A stretch of 44,276 nucleotides of DNA from Batkoa obscura (Eukaryota). Within the stretch, counting starts at the first letter, position 1, and every line of letters starts with the position of its first letter. The stretch lies in contig JASVEC010000133.1 of NCBI GenBank assembly GCA_030770535.1, forward strand, positions 1-44,276, in the 5' to 3' direction. A program made the position numbers and the translations under genes. Positions 1 to 11,890 of the stretch are shown here, one piece after another. The notes below the pieces were generated by a model that was not told the DNA's origin, searched no databases, and saw only the letters and a program-made list of their open reading frames with translations.

Positions 1-705
1 TTTCCTTCACTCCATAAGTTATTAAGCTCTTCTTCGCCTTTCTTTTTTAGTCCTAAATAATCAAATAAGGGTCTAGCTCTAATAAAGTAAGATTCCAAAT
101 AGCTGATCAAAGTGTTCAAATACTCTTGATATTTCGTCTCCTTTTTAGCTAATGGAATTTTATCAAACTCATTCAAACCTTCTAAATATTTCCAAATAGC
201 CTTTATCATTAATCTGTAAGTTAAAAAATAAATCAAAGCATTGAATCAAATCCAAATATTTGCCATCTTTCTCTTCACCAGAAAACAGATCTTTTTCAAT
301 ATCGGCACGTCCAATTGCTGCCAATAAATTCAATCCTACAGGTTCAACTAATAAAGTAGGTTTATTTTGATAACCATCGCGTATATTTTTTACTTTTTTA
401 TAAAATAAACCAAAGTCCCCAGTCCCAATTTCTTCAATTTCTCGCTTGACAGTTTCATCATGATATAATGAGTTTAGTTTTTCTCCACGGGATTGTATGG
501 AGGTCAGATACAGATTCACTTGTTGTTCTAATTGGAGTTTTTCTTTGTACTATGAGGGAAGATAAAGTTAGTGGATGGATTTTTTACTAAAGTAGAATAA
601 ATAGCTTACTGTTTTCGTTTTTTGATGATATTGATCTACAATGGCTTGTTCGATGATTTCAATTTCTTGATATAACTGACGTTGTTTTTCAATTGTTTGA
701 TTCAT
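1..705 (-). CDS. PRP9: Splicing factor 3A subunit 3 (Prp9/SF3a60), 5' part; continues beyond the window start; apparent +1 frameshift at 189-191
   Basis: ATG at 705. Exon 1 encodes MNQTIEKQRQLYQEIEIIEQAIV. Intron 550-609 (GTAAGC...TAG). Exon 2 has the SF3A3-type motifs FSGEEKDGKYLDL and, after the frameshift, YLEYLEGLNEFDKIP...KYQEYLNTLISYLESYFIRARPL...LWSEG. Confidence 0.88.
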
Positions 706-2066
706 TTTTATTGTTAAAAAGATACAAAAGCTTAAAAACTTAAACTTAAAAATTTTAATGAATTAATAAAATTTAAAAAAATATTCCACATTTTTGGGCA
801 AGGAAATTTTGTAAAAAACATCTCTAATTTTTATTTTTATGCTTAAATTTCATACCATCAACCCTTTATATACTAGATTTATCAAAAATTCTATTTGGTT
901 CAAGCTCAATTTTTTAATCAACCTTGTTTATTCAAGCGATATTGCATAATTAAGGCTGTTAAGCAAGGACATTACGTCCTTGATGCCCAAAGAGTTAGAA
1001 TAAAAGAGGTATCCTAAACAATCCAAAAGCTAGATTTTCTACTTTTTTATAAAAATCAAAGAAAAGGTGTGTTTAATCTATGACCTCTATCCTGATCTAG
1101 TTTCTCAATACAGAGAGCTCCCAAGTTAGGCCAGTCCTATATTTAAAGGCATAACGGACTTTAGTTACCCTTAATAGGATCAAACATATTTCTGCTTATT
1201 ACTACTAAATAACACATTTGTAAATAAAAGGCATAGTAGCTTTAAACTCCTTAAATCCAATGACGCACTAATTGATAAGTTAATATAAAGCAAGGTAGAG
1301 TAAGGCAAACCCAATGCTTGACCAATAAAAACGGGAAGTATTGAGGTTTTCTTAAACGAATATATTGTAATCTAATATCTAAATCAAGTCAACTAGATTG
1401 GTAAGGCTTAAGAGTATGGTTTATTCCGGAAATGAGTGTAAAATAAAGTTCAATGAAGAGAGATCCAGAAGAAGAGATCCAATTGCTTATACTTTCTATG
1501 AGTATAGAATCCATTGAGTTACCATATCTTATATTTTTATTTGATAACATGTCACCAAAGTTTGTAATGATTTTGTTATGGCCTTCTTATATTATTTTTT
1601 GAAATGTTTCAACTCTATTGAATCTTGTCTGATTATGGCATCAAGCTTCGGAAAGTAAGCAATTTGATTAGTGGCCCTGACACCAACATTATTTTTAATA
1701 TCTTTCTGTGAACTGATAAGCTCCAGCTTAATTTTGTAGTAATTTGAATACTCACATTAACTAAATAATATATTGAACTTAGTTATTGTGAGAACTTGTC
1801 TCTATAAACTTTTGACAATTTCAGTATTTTTGATAAGCTGCCATGAAACTTAAGTAACTTAGGAGCTTCAAATTAAAATATTGCGAAAAAGCAAAATATT
1901 TTTTTTATAAAACAACTAATATTTTTTTGAAGTTTACAAACAAAAAATGAACAAATAAACGAAATCAAGAAAACATTTAAAAAGTTATATTATTAATTGA
2001 TCCAAATATAGCAAATATTCTATTTATTCAAAAACCCAAAATAGTTAAAAACATTATACCTGATAG

Positions 2067-2161
2067 ATGTATGTGTATTTTTTAATTTCATCAATTTTTA
2101 TTTAAGCATTACTTAATAGAAAAACTGATAGTAAAATTTTAAGCAAAAAACATCTCCAAAT
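2067..2161 (-). mobile_element. Degenerate copy of the ~100-bp MITE family
   Basis: Matches the reverse complement of the consensus (ttttttaatttcatc...gatagtaaaattttaagcaaaaaacatctcc-aaat); left end eroded. Confidence 0.55.
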
Positions 2162-2339
2162 GATAGGTATTTTTTAATTACTCCATATTTTAGAATAAAT
2201 TTTAAAAAGCAAAGGTATTTATAAAAACTGTTAATAATTACAAATATAAATAATGGCTTTCTTATTTTTAATATTTCAACTAAAGGATTTCCTAAGATTT
2301 GTTTTAACTTCATTGAAAAAAACCAAACAAGTATATTAA

Positions 2340-2444
2340 ATATGTGAACGAGTTTTTTGTTTAAGAATTTTCTAACAATTTTTCTATTCAAATAACGTAT
2401 AAAAAATAGAAAAAGTGATGAAGTCAAAAAAAAACATCCCCTAT
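2340..2444 (+). mobile_element. MITE family copy
   Basis: Contains tgtttaagaattttctaacaatttttc...aaaaagtgatgaagtcaaaaaaaaacatcccc; left terminus diverged. Confidence 0.8.
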
Positions 2445-3499
2445 GGGTTAGTAAAATCTCAGTTCAATTTTTGTATAATATAGATTTTAGTAAAAATTGC
2501 GAACTGGGCATAAGGTGCTAGAGTTTAACTTAAATTACTCAGTAATTTTTTTGTACAGTGTTTTTTCAAATGTTTGTACTAAATAGAAAATGGACAAAAA
2601 AAGTAGAGTGGAAGTATCCAATTTTAATTGAGCTTTTGAACCTACTCCATATGAAACCATACTTTATTGTTTTACTATTCTATAAAATATATGGGAATTA
2701 AATAGTTTTATAATTAAATTCGGTGAAAAAAACATATCGCAGTATATTATTCTTAGTATTCATATTAACATATGCTTTTTGTTTACTTTATCTTCATTAA
2801 TATAAAAGTTAAAATATACAAATAAAGGAGTTTATATAGAATATAGACAAATAACGATTTCAATTAAGTTTTGACCTAAAGTGATATTTGCACAATGTGG
2901 GAAAGTTTATACTAAAACAAAACTTTATACCTCCTAAGCTTTATTAAAATTTTATACCTTCAAACATCTATTACAAATATCATAATAATTTAGTTTCGAA
3001 ATAGTGCCGATACAAACCAGTCCAAATTAAATTTCTCAAATCTCCATTGAAACGGATGAAAAGCTCTGTGTATGCAAGTCAATAAACTATTAGATCGCAG
3101 CTAAACTGCTTTTATGCAATTAGTTTTCAATAACTAATTCGCAGTAATAAACAACAACTTGTATTTTGTGTAAAGTTCATGTAAGCTAGAAATGTTTTGT
3201 ATATTTCATAAGCTTATAGGCATAAAGAATGATGTACTTTGATACTACAATTCGTTTTGTATTAATAAAGATTAAGGAAAATAATAATAAATTTAGTTAA
3301 AGTTTACAAATAAAGCAAACTTTTTATTTAAAATTGAGCGTAGTTCAAAATATAATAGGTGTTGTTATGATAAATGATTAAAACCAGCCAATAATAGTAT
3401 TACTTAAACTACTATAAAATTATAAAAAACAATTTAATAAATATAAAAAGGTATATAAAAAGGCCACTTTTAGCTTTAATTTTGCTATAAACTATATAA

Positions 3500-5029
3500 A
3501 TGACAGGTTACTTAGATTTAAAGGATTATTTGTCTTTAGATAAACTAATCATTTACTCTCTTTTGCTATGGATAGCGCACGCTGCCTATAAATTATATTC
3601 TATAAAGGATGAACCTCCAATGGTGCCTTATATCCCAATTATTGGTCATACTTTACAGCTAAGAAACAACCCCAGACAGTTTCTATTAGAATGCCAAAAG
3701 AAATATGGTGATATATTTGGAGTCAACTTTTTAGGAAAGAAAATACTTGTATTCGCTAATAAAGCTTCCGAGTACTTAGCCAAAGCCCACGATATGGATG
3801 TATATCAAGGCAGAGACAAAATACTTTTCCTCACTGAGGTACTTGGAGAAAGCAAAGACTCTCCAGGTAAACCAGATCAAATCTTAGATAATGTTGCAAT
3901 TATTAATCAAGTGATTACACCTATGTTGAAGACTATGCTTCCAGAAGTTTTAAAAATCATGAATGAAATTATTCAGAAGGAAATAGGCGAAGGAACTGGT
4001 CCAGAAGGTATCAACATTGAGTTCCTTTTCTCGAATGTAATTGCAAACTCTGTTGGCATTCTTCTACTTGGTCCTGAGTTATCAAAGGACAATGACTTAA
4101 TTTTTTTACTACGTGATTACTCTAACAAGGTAGACAGTTGTTTAAAAAAAGGGTTGCTTTGGCATTTAGTACCTTTTATTGGAAGTTATATTGTTAGTTA
4201 TAAAATCAAAAATGGAAACCCATCTGTTAAAGAAAGAGAGTTTATTTATTCTAGAATTGAAAAGTATATTCAGAATAGAAGACAAATAATTAAAGCTGGA
4301 GAAAAAGTTGAAGTAAAAGGGCTCATAGATGCATTGAGTGATAGAGGGCATACTATTAGCCAAATTGCACATGCTATTATGATTATTGGGTTTGCTTCCA
4401 TCTCTACTACCACTAGAAACTCCAGTCTTCTTATCGCTGACTTATTAGCGCATCCGGAAAACTTTTCAGTTTTACGTGAAGAGCAAAAAAGAATAACTGA
4501 ACATGTAGTAAAGGATAAAACCGGAAGCCCGTTATTAAGTAAAGAGGATATTGATAAATTTGAGAATTTAAACTCTGCCATCCGTGAAACTTTAAGACAT
4601 AGGTCTCATCATTTAGATTCTTGGAGACTTACCAACATCGAACGTGTATTGCCCAATGGAATGAAGATTCCAAAGGGATCTTTAATGGCCTTTGATTTGC
4701 CAAGTATTCATTTCAACCCTGAAAACTATGCTAATGGAGATAAAATGCTAAATATAGACCCTTTTGTTCCTCTTGAGCTCCAGTACAATCCATTTCAATT
4801 TGTTGAATCTAAACTTAAAGCTAGTAAAGTAACTCAAAATTTTTTAAACTTTGGTATGGGGCGTCATGCTTGCCCAGGAAGGTTCTTTGCTGTACAGGAG
4901 ATTATTTCCTTAGTGAGCACTCTTTTACAGAAATACCGTATTGAAACAAGAGACGGCAAACGTAAAGAATTTTATACTGGAGATTTGGGAATACCAGACC
5001 CTTATGTTGTATTCAAGCCTTTAACGTAA
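3500..5029 (+). CDS. Cytochrome P450 (ER-type, intronless, 509 aa)
   Basis: N-terminal TM anchor plus PPMVPYIPIIGH, I-helix FASISTT, ExxR motif (ETLR), heme-binding FGMGRHACPGRFFA. Confidence 0.96.
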   Translation: MTGYLDLKDYLSLDKLIIYSLLLWIAHAAYKLYSIKDEPPMVPYIPIIGHTLQLRNNPRQFLLECQKKYGDIFGVNFLGKKILVFANKASEYLAKAHDMDVYQGRDKILFLTEVLGESKDSPGKPDQILDNVAIINQVITPMLKTMLPEVLKIMNEIIQKEIGEGTGPEGINIEFLFSNVIANSVGILLLGPELSKDNDLIFLLRDYSNKVDSCLKKGLLWHLVPFIGSYIVSYKIKNGNPSVKEREFIYSRIEKYIQNRRQIIKAGEKVEVKGLIDALSDRGHTISQIAHAIMIIGFASISTTTRNSSLLIADLLAHPENFSVLREEQKRITEHVVKDKTGSPLLSKEDIDKFENLNSAIRETLRHRSHHLDSWRLTNIERVLPNGMKIPKGSLMAFDLPSIHFNPENYANGDKMLNIDPFVPLELQYNPFQFVESKLKASKVTQNFLNFGMGRHACPGRFFAVQEIISLVSTLLQKYRIETRDGKRKEFYTGDLGIPDPYVVFKPLT

Positions 5030-5094
5030 TTTTAACTATTGGTCTGAATTAAGTTGAGAAATAAAAAAAACATATCCACTGGTTTTTTTAATAT

Positions 5095-5122
5095 CATAAA
5101 TAAAATAAAATAAAATAAAATA
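5095..5122. repeat. (TAAAA)n pentanucleotide microsatellite 3' of the P450
   Basis: About five tandem TAAAA units visible. Confidence 0.7.
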
Positions 5123-5594
5123 AGTTCTTGGTTAGATAGAAATAAAAGAATGAAAATACTATCTAATTTATTGATCACATTGAATTAGTCATTTTGCCTT
5201 ACTAGATTTTGACAATTCGATCACTCAAAATGAAAGATCTTTTTAGTCTATTAACTGCTTCGTTATTAATATAAGGCAGCATGTTTTTTTTTAAATAAGA
5301 TGGACTATATAGAATCATTTTATTAAAACCAATAGGCTATCTATTATAAATATGCGGTACTAACAAGTATTTTTTGTCTTATTTTGCTACTTCATAGTTT
5401 AAAACTTAGTATTTTGGCTTAAAATTGAGACTGAAAGATAATACTTTAAATCCTTGCTTGTATTATGATCAGATATTGAAACATTTTGTTGATTGAGGGT
5501 TTCTTTATAGTAGCTACTATTTTCGGAGGACTCTTAAAGCTAAAAAATAGATGAGATTATTCATTTCGATTCAAATGCTCCTTACGCAACTTGC

Positions 5595-5700
5595 ATATGA
5601 GGATGTATTTTTGTGTTTAAGAATTTTACTGACAATTTTTCTGTTTAAATAGCGTTTGAAAATGGAAAAAATAATGAAGTCAAAAAAAACACTCTCATAT
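5595..5700 (+). mobile_element. MITE family copy (full length, including ATAT flanks)
   Basis: ATAT-GAGGATGTATTTTTGTGTTTAAGAATTTTAC...AATGAAGTCAAAAAAAACACTCTC-ATAT; imperfect ~15-bp terminal inverted repeats. Confidence 0.9.
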
Positions 5701-5905
5701 TATCTTTTTTACTTGCTACACTATTTGGATAATTTAAAGCATTTAAAGATTTATTACTTATTTTTATCATTAGTTTGGAAGAAAGCTAAAAATATAAATA
5801 TCAGATTATTTTAATTTACCTAGAAAATGCTTGTTGCTCTAGAAAACATTTAAATCTCATGCCTGAGCACTATACAATAGTGATACTTATGAAAATTGAA
5901 TAAAT

Positions 5906-6008
5906 ATATGAAAATATTTTTTTAATTTCATCACTTTTTCTGTTTTTAAGTGTTATTTAAGTGGAAAAATTGATAGTAAAGTTCTCAAAGAAAAATGTAT
6001 CACCATAT
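5906..6008 (-). mobile_element. MITE family copy (diverged)
   Basis: Reverse-complement match: atatgaaaatattttttt...gtggaaaaattgatagtaaa...gtatcaccatat. Confidence 0.75.
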
Positions 6009-6969
6009 GAAGGTAAAAAACACAGTGTGTCTAAAATATTTATATAATAACACCTGGTAAAAGTTAAATTGGTATATCTAGATAGCTTAACTATTTAGTT
6101 ATACAGATCTTCAATATTAAGATATAAGTCGTTAGCAGATGATATAGATTCAGAGATGGTAAATAGCATAAGGTTAATAGAGGTATACAATTAATAAAGA
6201 CAATCTATAAACATGCACAATTGAGTTACCTTTTAAAAACTCTAACTCATGCCTCCATGAGTCAGAGATACCTTTGCTATCAATAAAATAATAACGATTA
6301 ACTAAGCACAAGTGAGTATCCATGATATCATATCCGAAACACTCGGGGGCATCGATACTATTTAAATGGGGTTCATTTTATTTACCTTTTGTCTATGTAG
6401 TTAGTTATATGATATAAACCAGTTTTAGTATCAAAGCATATGAGCTTGAAGAGCAATTATAGGCTGTGTTATTTTCTTCACTAGTTGTTCATTTTATTAA
6501 TAAAGGATGTTAAAGATAATATATGATTATTTTGAGTATTTATAGTTAGTGTTTTATTTTACATCTTGATAAAAATGATCAATTCTATAAATTTCCATCG
6601 TAGTCTTACAATGGGAGTGCTCAGTTTTAGTATTTTTTTAAACCAAATAAAGTATTAGAGTTGGATACTTTGTAACAGTCAAAGCATTAAGAAATATTCT
6701 ATTTAGTTACAAAAAACAGTATTTGTTATTTCAAGAAAAGGTTGACAATAATCGTTTAGGATAACATGGTTTCATGATAAATCTTTAAAACTCCCTTTTT
6801 GTTATTTCGGAAAAAAATAATCTTCACAACCCTGTATAAGTTTAAACAAAGTCAATTATTGTTTGAAGAACTAGCATGACATGGCTTTCTTTCAATAGAA
6901 TAACTGGTGAAATATTTAATATATCCAAAATGACTAGATTTATCTTATAATACAGATATAAGAGTATAT

Positions 6970-7067
6970 ATATGAGGATGTCTTTTTTGTTTAAGAATTT
7001 AACTATTAGTTTTTTTAAATGGTGGTTAAGAAATGAAAAAAGTAATAAAACAAAAACATCCTCATAT
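6970..7067 (+). mobile_element. MITE family copy
   Basis: ATAT-GAGGATGTCTTTTTTGTTTAAGAATTT...AAAACATCCTC-ATAT. Confidence 0.85.
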
Positions 7068-7275
7068 TATTTAGTACAAATTATTAATAAATGTTATTGC
7101 TTTGTTCAATCTTTTAGCCTGTTAAGTAAACTTGGAAGATTGAAATTTTGTTTAGTCATTTTGTTTTATTCACTTACTAAAATTTTGTTAATTAAGTATT
7201 TTCTAAAATACAATAGTTAGTTAAAGCATTTATATATTAAAAAACAAATTTATTTAAATTGCTATAGTATGAAGT

Positions 7276-8868
7276 TTATTTCCAAGGGTTTAAAGCAAAG
7301 ATGGAATTAGTCAATAGGATTTGATTTTTCATCATTAAATTATAGTGCTTTAAGACAGTGTCTTGAAATACGTTTGTATTTAAGTTAAAATTATTATAAA
7401 GGACCTATAATTAAATAAAAAATTGTTATTATAATAATATGTATCATTAGTATTGATATTACCTTATTTTTTATATCAACTCTAGCCTTAAGCTCATCAT
7501 TAGAAATCCACTCAATTAAAAGTTTTTCCATTTTATCATGTGGTAAATTGAATTGGCTACTGATACGTTCAATTTTAAGAGATTGAAATGGAGAAGTATA
7601 AGCCATAACTGAAGCCACAAATATTTTATCAAATAAAGCATTCACTCGAGGTGCTAAATAAATATCTAATAAAAATCGATCCTTTAAGTTTTCTAAATCC
7701 ATAAATCCTTTTGAGTATCTTGTAATTGAAAAATCATACAACAAATCTTTTAAAACAGGTTCATTATCTAACAATGCTTTAATGGGGCTGCTTTTTAAAC
7801 TGATTTGCTTCAATTCTTTGCGGTTATAAGTAGCCAATATACAAAGTGTACCAATCATTGCTAAATCGTTTGTCGAAATAACCTAAGGACGGTATAAATA
7901 ATATGTATAATGTAAAAATAGTGTATAAAATAGAATTAAGAATAATTACCCTTTTGAAATCATCTTCATACTTTTCGTCAATTTTAACTAAGTAAGTTAA
8001 TACTTGTTTGTACTCTGAAGATTGCAAATGCTTTAATACGTTAATACAATTAATAAAAGATTGTTCTTTTTCTCCAATATTCTTAATCGACTTAACACGA
8101 TGCAATAGATAATTGAATCCTTTAAAGTTAGATTGTTTTACTTGTAATTCAAGTATTTTTAAGATACATTGCAATGTAGTTTTATCATTACTAGAGTACT
8201 CTTTACTTAAATTGAAATAAATAATACTTTTTTCAATGTCTCCTAATTTAATTTCAAGTTCACCTGCCTCAAAGTAGCTTAGCTAATAAAAATAAGCGTT
8301 GATAATAAAAATGATGCTAATTTTTTACCCTTATACTTTCCATGATATTGTTTTTTTTGGAATTTCGGATAAGGGTTTCAATTCTATCTCTTTCTTCTTT
8401 ACTATATTTTTTACAATCTTCGATCCATTTTGATTCATCTTTAATAGTATGCTTATTGGAGTTCCCACTACTGCTTTTTATGATAGCATGGTACTCATTG
8501 TAATGTTTCAAGTATCTTTCGTACTCTAAAGTTTCTTCACGTAAACTTTTTAATAGTAAGAATAATGCTTTTTCCTTTAATTCCGGGCATACTTTTATTA
8601 GATATTCCAATCGTTTATATTTGGTTTCGCCTATAGTTATCGCTATTATTTTGCCATTTATTATTAAATCATCATTACCTTCATAGTCCAAAATATAATC
8701 TTCTAAATGAAATTGAATAGGTTTTTTAACTTTACCTTCGAACTCCAATTTATTATCAGCTTCTCTTTTATCCATTTCGAATTCTCCTAATTCATCATCT
8801 TCATCCTCCATAAAAACCATTTCTTTAGAACCATATTTCTCGTTTGAGAAATCGTTAAATTCGTCCAT
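7276..8868 (-). CDS. CSN1: COP9 signalosome subunit 1 (PCI domain), 5 exons
   Basis: Three track ORFs are joined by GT-AG introns at about 8631-8678, 8283-8328, 7883-7949 and 7405-7462. The spliced product has CSN1/Rpn7-family motifs MESIRLSYFEAGELEIKLGD, VISTNDLAMIGTLCILATYNRKEL, LLDIYLAPRV, YTSPF and LKARVDIKNKVL. The last exon ends in frame at TAA 7276. The start codon choice is uncertain. Confidence 0.85.
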
Positions 8869-8919
8869 TATCACCCTTGTTTTTGTCAAAATAGAATTTG
8901 AAAATAAGAAATTTGTTTA

Positions 8920-9115
8920 CATCATTGGCTTTGTTGATATTTCAATTTAAGCCAATAACTTTTATTCAAAATTCGTGGCTTTAACCTGTCAAGCAACTAT
9001 AACGAGTATGTACGCTCTAATCAAAATGTAGCTTTTAACCAGCTATGTCTAAAAAGTTTAGCTAATCAAAAACTGACTTGATTGGCTAAATTGTTTCAAC
9101 TTTATTGGTTAAATA
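8920..9115. promoter_or_regulatory. Cluster of CCAAT/ATTGG boxes in the divergent CSN1 / I9 intergenic region
   Basis: cattggct, agccaata, gattggct and tattggtt lie within ~190 bp; a TGACGT site is at ~9371. Confidence 0.45.
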
Positions 9116-9455
9116 TTGCTGTTTAATAACTTTGCTTCAAGAAGTTAACCATAACCGGATTTTCGTAAAAGCTAGTGGCGCTCAAGGGGTTAAATTTGAT
9201 TTCTTAGAAGCTTAATTGAAATAAACTTCATTATTTTAATTTTTGGGCAGAGAAGTAGAATTTTTACCAATCTAAAATCTCACTTAAAGCCCAATTATTT
9301 CAACACGATGATGACTTCATTTATTTTCTACTAAGAGGGGTTTAACCCAAACCTAACAAATGATTTTGGATGACGTAAAACTTTCAAGAAAGATGTATAT
9401 AAATACTATAAAACTCTCAACTTATACAAATAGTTTTAATAAATAAAAAATCACA

Positions 9456-9861
9456 ATGAGTTCAGGTAAGTGATTTACATTAGCTAAAGTGAATTATTAT
9501 ATTTAATATTTTCAAGGACATGGAAATTATATTGTAACTTTTAAAAGTGGTACAGAAGATCATGTATTAGAAAGTGCTATCAAAGATATCGAAAGTCGAG
9601 GTAAATTAATTTATAATTATATATTGACTATAACTTATCCAACCTCCTAGGTGGTAAAATAACCCATAAATATGATACTGTTTTGAAAGGATTTGCTGCT
9701 TCAGTACCAGATGATCATCTCTGTAAGTTTTTTTTATAATGTCATATTGACTAAATATTTATTTATTCCTACCAGCTACATTACAAAGTCATGAACATGT
9801 AGATAATATTGAATCGGATGGTCCAGTTACCACCCAAGCTAAACAACTAGGTATTAAATAA
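9456..9861 (+). CDS. Peptidase inhibitor I9 family (subtilisin propeptide-like; POIA1/Pbi2-like), 83 aa, 4 exons
   Basis: Exons 9456-9465, 9517-9600, 9651-9722 and 9776-9861 total 252 nt with canonical introns. Product: MSSGHGNYIVTFKSGTEDHVLESAIKDIESRGGKITHKYDTVLKGFAASVPDDHLSTLQSHEHVDNIESDGPVTTQAKQLGIK, with I9 motifs YIVTFK, GGKITHKY, KGFAA and IExD. Confidence 0.92.
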
Positions 9862-10274
9862 ATTATTGACCTTTTATGGATAGTTGTCGGATTTTTAAAA
9901 AAACCCATTTTCAATATATTTCATTTTTATAAATAGCGTTTTATATTTTGTATGATATTTAGGATAAGATATTACTTTGATATTTACATTTAAAAACAAA
10001 AAATTGTGTTAATTGAGGTAACCTTCTTTATCAGTATAGAAAAATGTTTTAGCCCATACTTTTAATAAAAAATCACTTTCACAATTAACCATAAATTAAT
10101 GATTCATATGCTAGATACATTTATTTACATTCCCTATAAAGATAAAACTACTAATAAAGGCTTTTTGATATTTAGTATTGATACAATAAAACCGAATAAA
10201 AGTCAATTCAAAACTAAAGCTAGTTAATATACTGAAAATAATAATTTAAATATCACAAGTTAAATCAAAATAAG

Positions 10275-10380
10275 ATATGAGGATGTTTTTTTTGTCTTCA
10301 TTACTTTTTCCATTTTTAAACACTATTTGAGTGGAAAGATTATCAGCAAAATTCTTAAACGAAAAAATGCATCCTCATAT
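10275..10380 (-). mobile_element. MITE family copy
   Basis: ATAT-GAGGATGTTTTTTTTG...AAAAAATGCATCCTC-ATAT; internal sequence is the reverse complement of the consensus. Confidence 0.88.
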
Positions 10381-10440
10381 GAATAATCAAATGGATTAAG
10401 CAGATGGAATTCCTATCATATTAGGAATAAAGGGTATATC

Positions 10441-10574
10441 TATCTATTATCAATGATAGTATTATTATAATAGATAACCATCTATAGATAATCAACTAAG
10501 AGAAAAAATAGCTTAATTATCTTAATAGCTCGTGACTATTTTTCATGATAATAGCGTTATCATTAATAATAGAT
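10441..10574. repeat. GATA-rich imperfect foldback
   Basis: tatctattatcaatgatagtattattat (10441-10468) pairs with ataatagcgttatcattaataatagata (ending ~10574); nested gaaaaaatag / ctatttttc stem. Confidence 0.6.
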
Positions 10575-10901
10575 AAAATCTTCAAGGATAATCTATTTAT
10601 ATAAGAATGACTTTATAATATATAAGATAAATGCTATATTAGATCACTGTTTTATATTTATTATAAATAAAAATTTTGCCTTTTATTTCAAATATTCAAA
10701 AACTCATCTGAAAATGTTTCTAGCATAAAAATTTATTTACTTAAAATGACTAGAGTATAAAAAAACATCTAAACTTGTCACTCCATTATAACATTAACTT
10801 TACTTAATTGGCATGTTTCAAATTAATGTGTGAATCTAACAAAGTATAGACTGTATATCAATAACTCTATTCTGAATTTTCTTGTATTTCAATATTTTAA
10901 T

Positions 10902-11007
10902 ATATGAGGATGTATTTTTGTATTTGAGAATTTTACTAACAATTTTTTCATTTAAATAGCGCTTAAAAGATAGAAAAATAATGAAGCCAAAAAAAACATC
11001 CCCATAT
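10902..11007 (+). mobile_element. MITE family copy (near consensus)
   Basis: ATAT-GAGGATGTATTTTTG...GAAGCCAAAAAAAACATCCCC-ATAT. Confidence 0.92.
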
Positions 11008-11090
11008 GAAGATGTATTTTTATATTTAAAAATTTTACTAACAATTTTTCTGCTCAAATGGTGCTTAAAAGATAAAAAAAGGTAAAAATA
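11004..11090 (+). mobile_element. MITE copy in direct tandem with the previous one, sharing one ATAT; 3' end eroded
   Basis: ATAT-GAAGATGTATTTTTATATTTAAAAATTTTACTAACAATTTTTCTGCTCAAATGGTGCTTAAAAGAT begins at the ATAT that ends the previous copy. Confidence 0.85.
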
Positions 11091-11290
11091 AAACTATAGT
11101 TTGTAATGATTAGAAAATTCTCTACTATTATTGATATTGAACAAAAACTTTTTTAACGCTATACACCATAATTCTAAAAAGTAATACTTGGACTTAGTAT
11201 CTCTTTAAAGAACAGACCATCTTTAATCTTATATGCTAGTGAAAAAAAATAGTTAAAACTAGTTCTATTTTTAAAACCGTTTAAAAGTGT

Positions 11291-11397
11291 ATATGGGAGT
11301 GTTTTCTCTGGCTTTATCACTTTTTCCATCTTTTAAGCGCTATTTGCGTGGAAAATTTGTTAGTAAAATTCTTAAACACAAAAATACATCCCCATAT
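11291..11397 (-). mobile_element. MITE family copy
   Basis: ATAT-GGGAGTGTTTT...CACAAAAATACATCCCC-ATAT. Confidence 0.92.
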
Positions 11398-11787
11398 GAA
11401 GTTTCTAATTACTCAAAGCATCTTTGTATAATATTTGGAGGCTTTATTGAATCAATTGTATGGTATTTTTGATATTTTTACTTTTATTAAATATAAACTC
11501 AAATTTGTTGTAACTGATGGCAATAAAAGTAAAGAAAAATAAACTCATTTTAAACAGTAGGAAAAATACAAGTTTTTGCCCAAACTTGGCAGTAAATTCT
11601 ATAGATTAATAACACATTATCTCTAGCGAAAAGTAAATATTAAAAGAACAGCTTTTAGTCTTTAATTATTCGTGTCCTCCAGCAATTATCTTGACTGTTT
11701 GGATTTATCACTGTCAATATTGCGAGTTGTTATTCATTACATTAATTGAGCCATCCCTTTTCTGCATTGAAATTTTCACTAGGAACT

Positions 11788-11890
11788 ATATGGTGATATG
11801 TTTTTTTGTTCAAGAACTTTACTACCAACCTTTCCACTCAAATAGCACTTAAAAAATGGAAAGCAACAAAACCAAAAAACATCTCCATAT
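11788..11890 (+). mobile_element. MITE family copy ~440 bp upstream of HSP104
   Basis: ATAT-GGTGATATG...CTCAAATAGCACTTAAAAAATGGAAA...AAAAAACATCTCC-ATAT. Confidence 0.82.

Noticed and set aside
950..1860. Slightly GC-richer intergenic stretch that might be a decayed retroelement or gene (similar stretches at ~6100-6900 and ~40500-41100)
   Set aside because: No ORF or RT/integrase/transposase motif could be recognised by eye; needs BLASTX.
9335..9360. TAACCC-like words as telomeric repeats
   Set aside because: Isolated, non-tandem occurrences.
10275..11890. Closely spaced repeats as a possible CRISPR-like array
   Set aside because: Units are ~100 bp, in mixed orientation and irregularly spaced; the context is eukaryotic and there are no cas genes.
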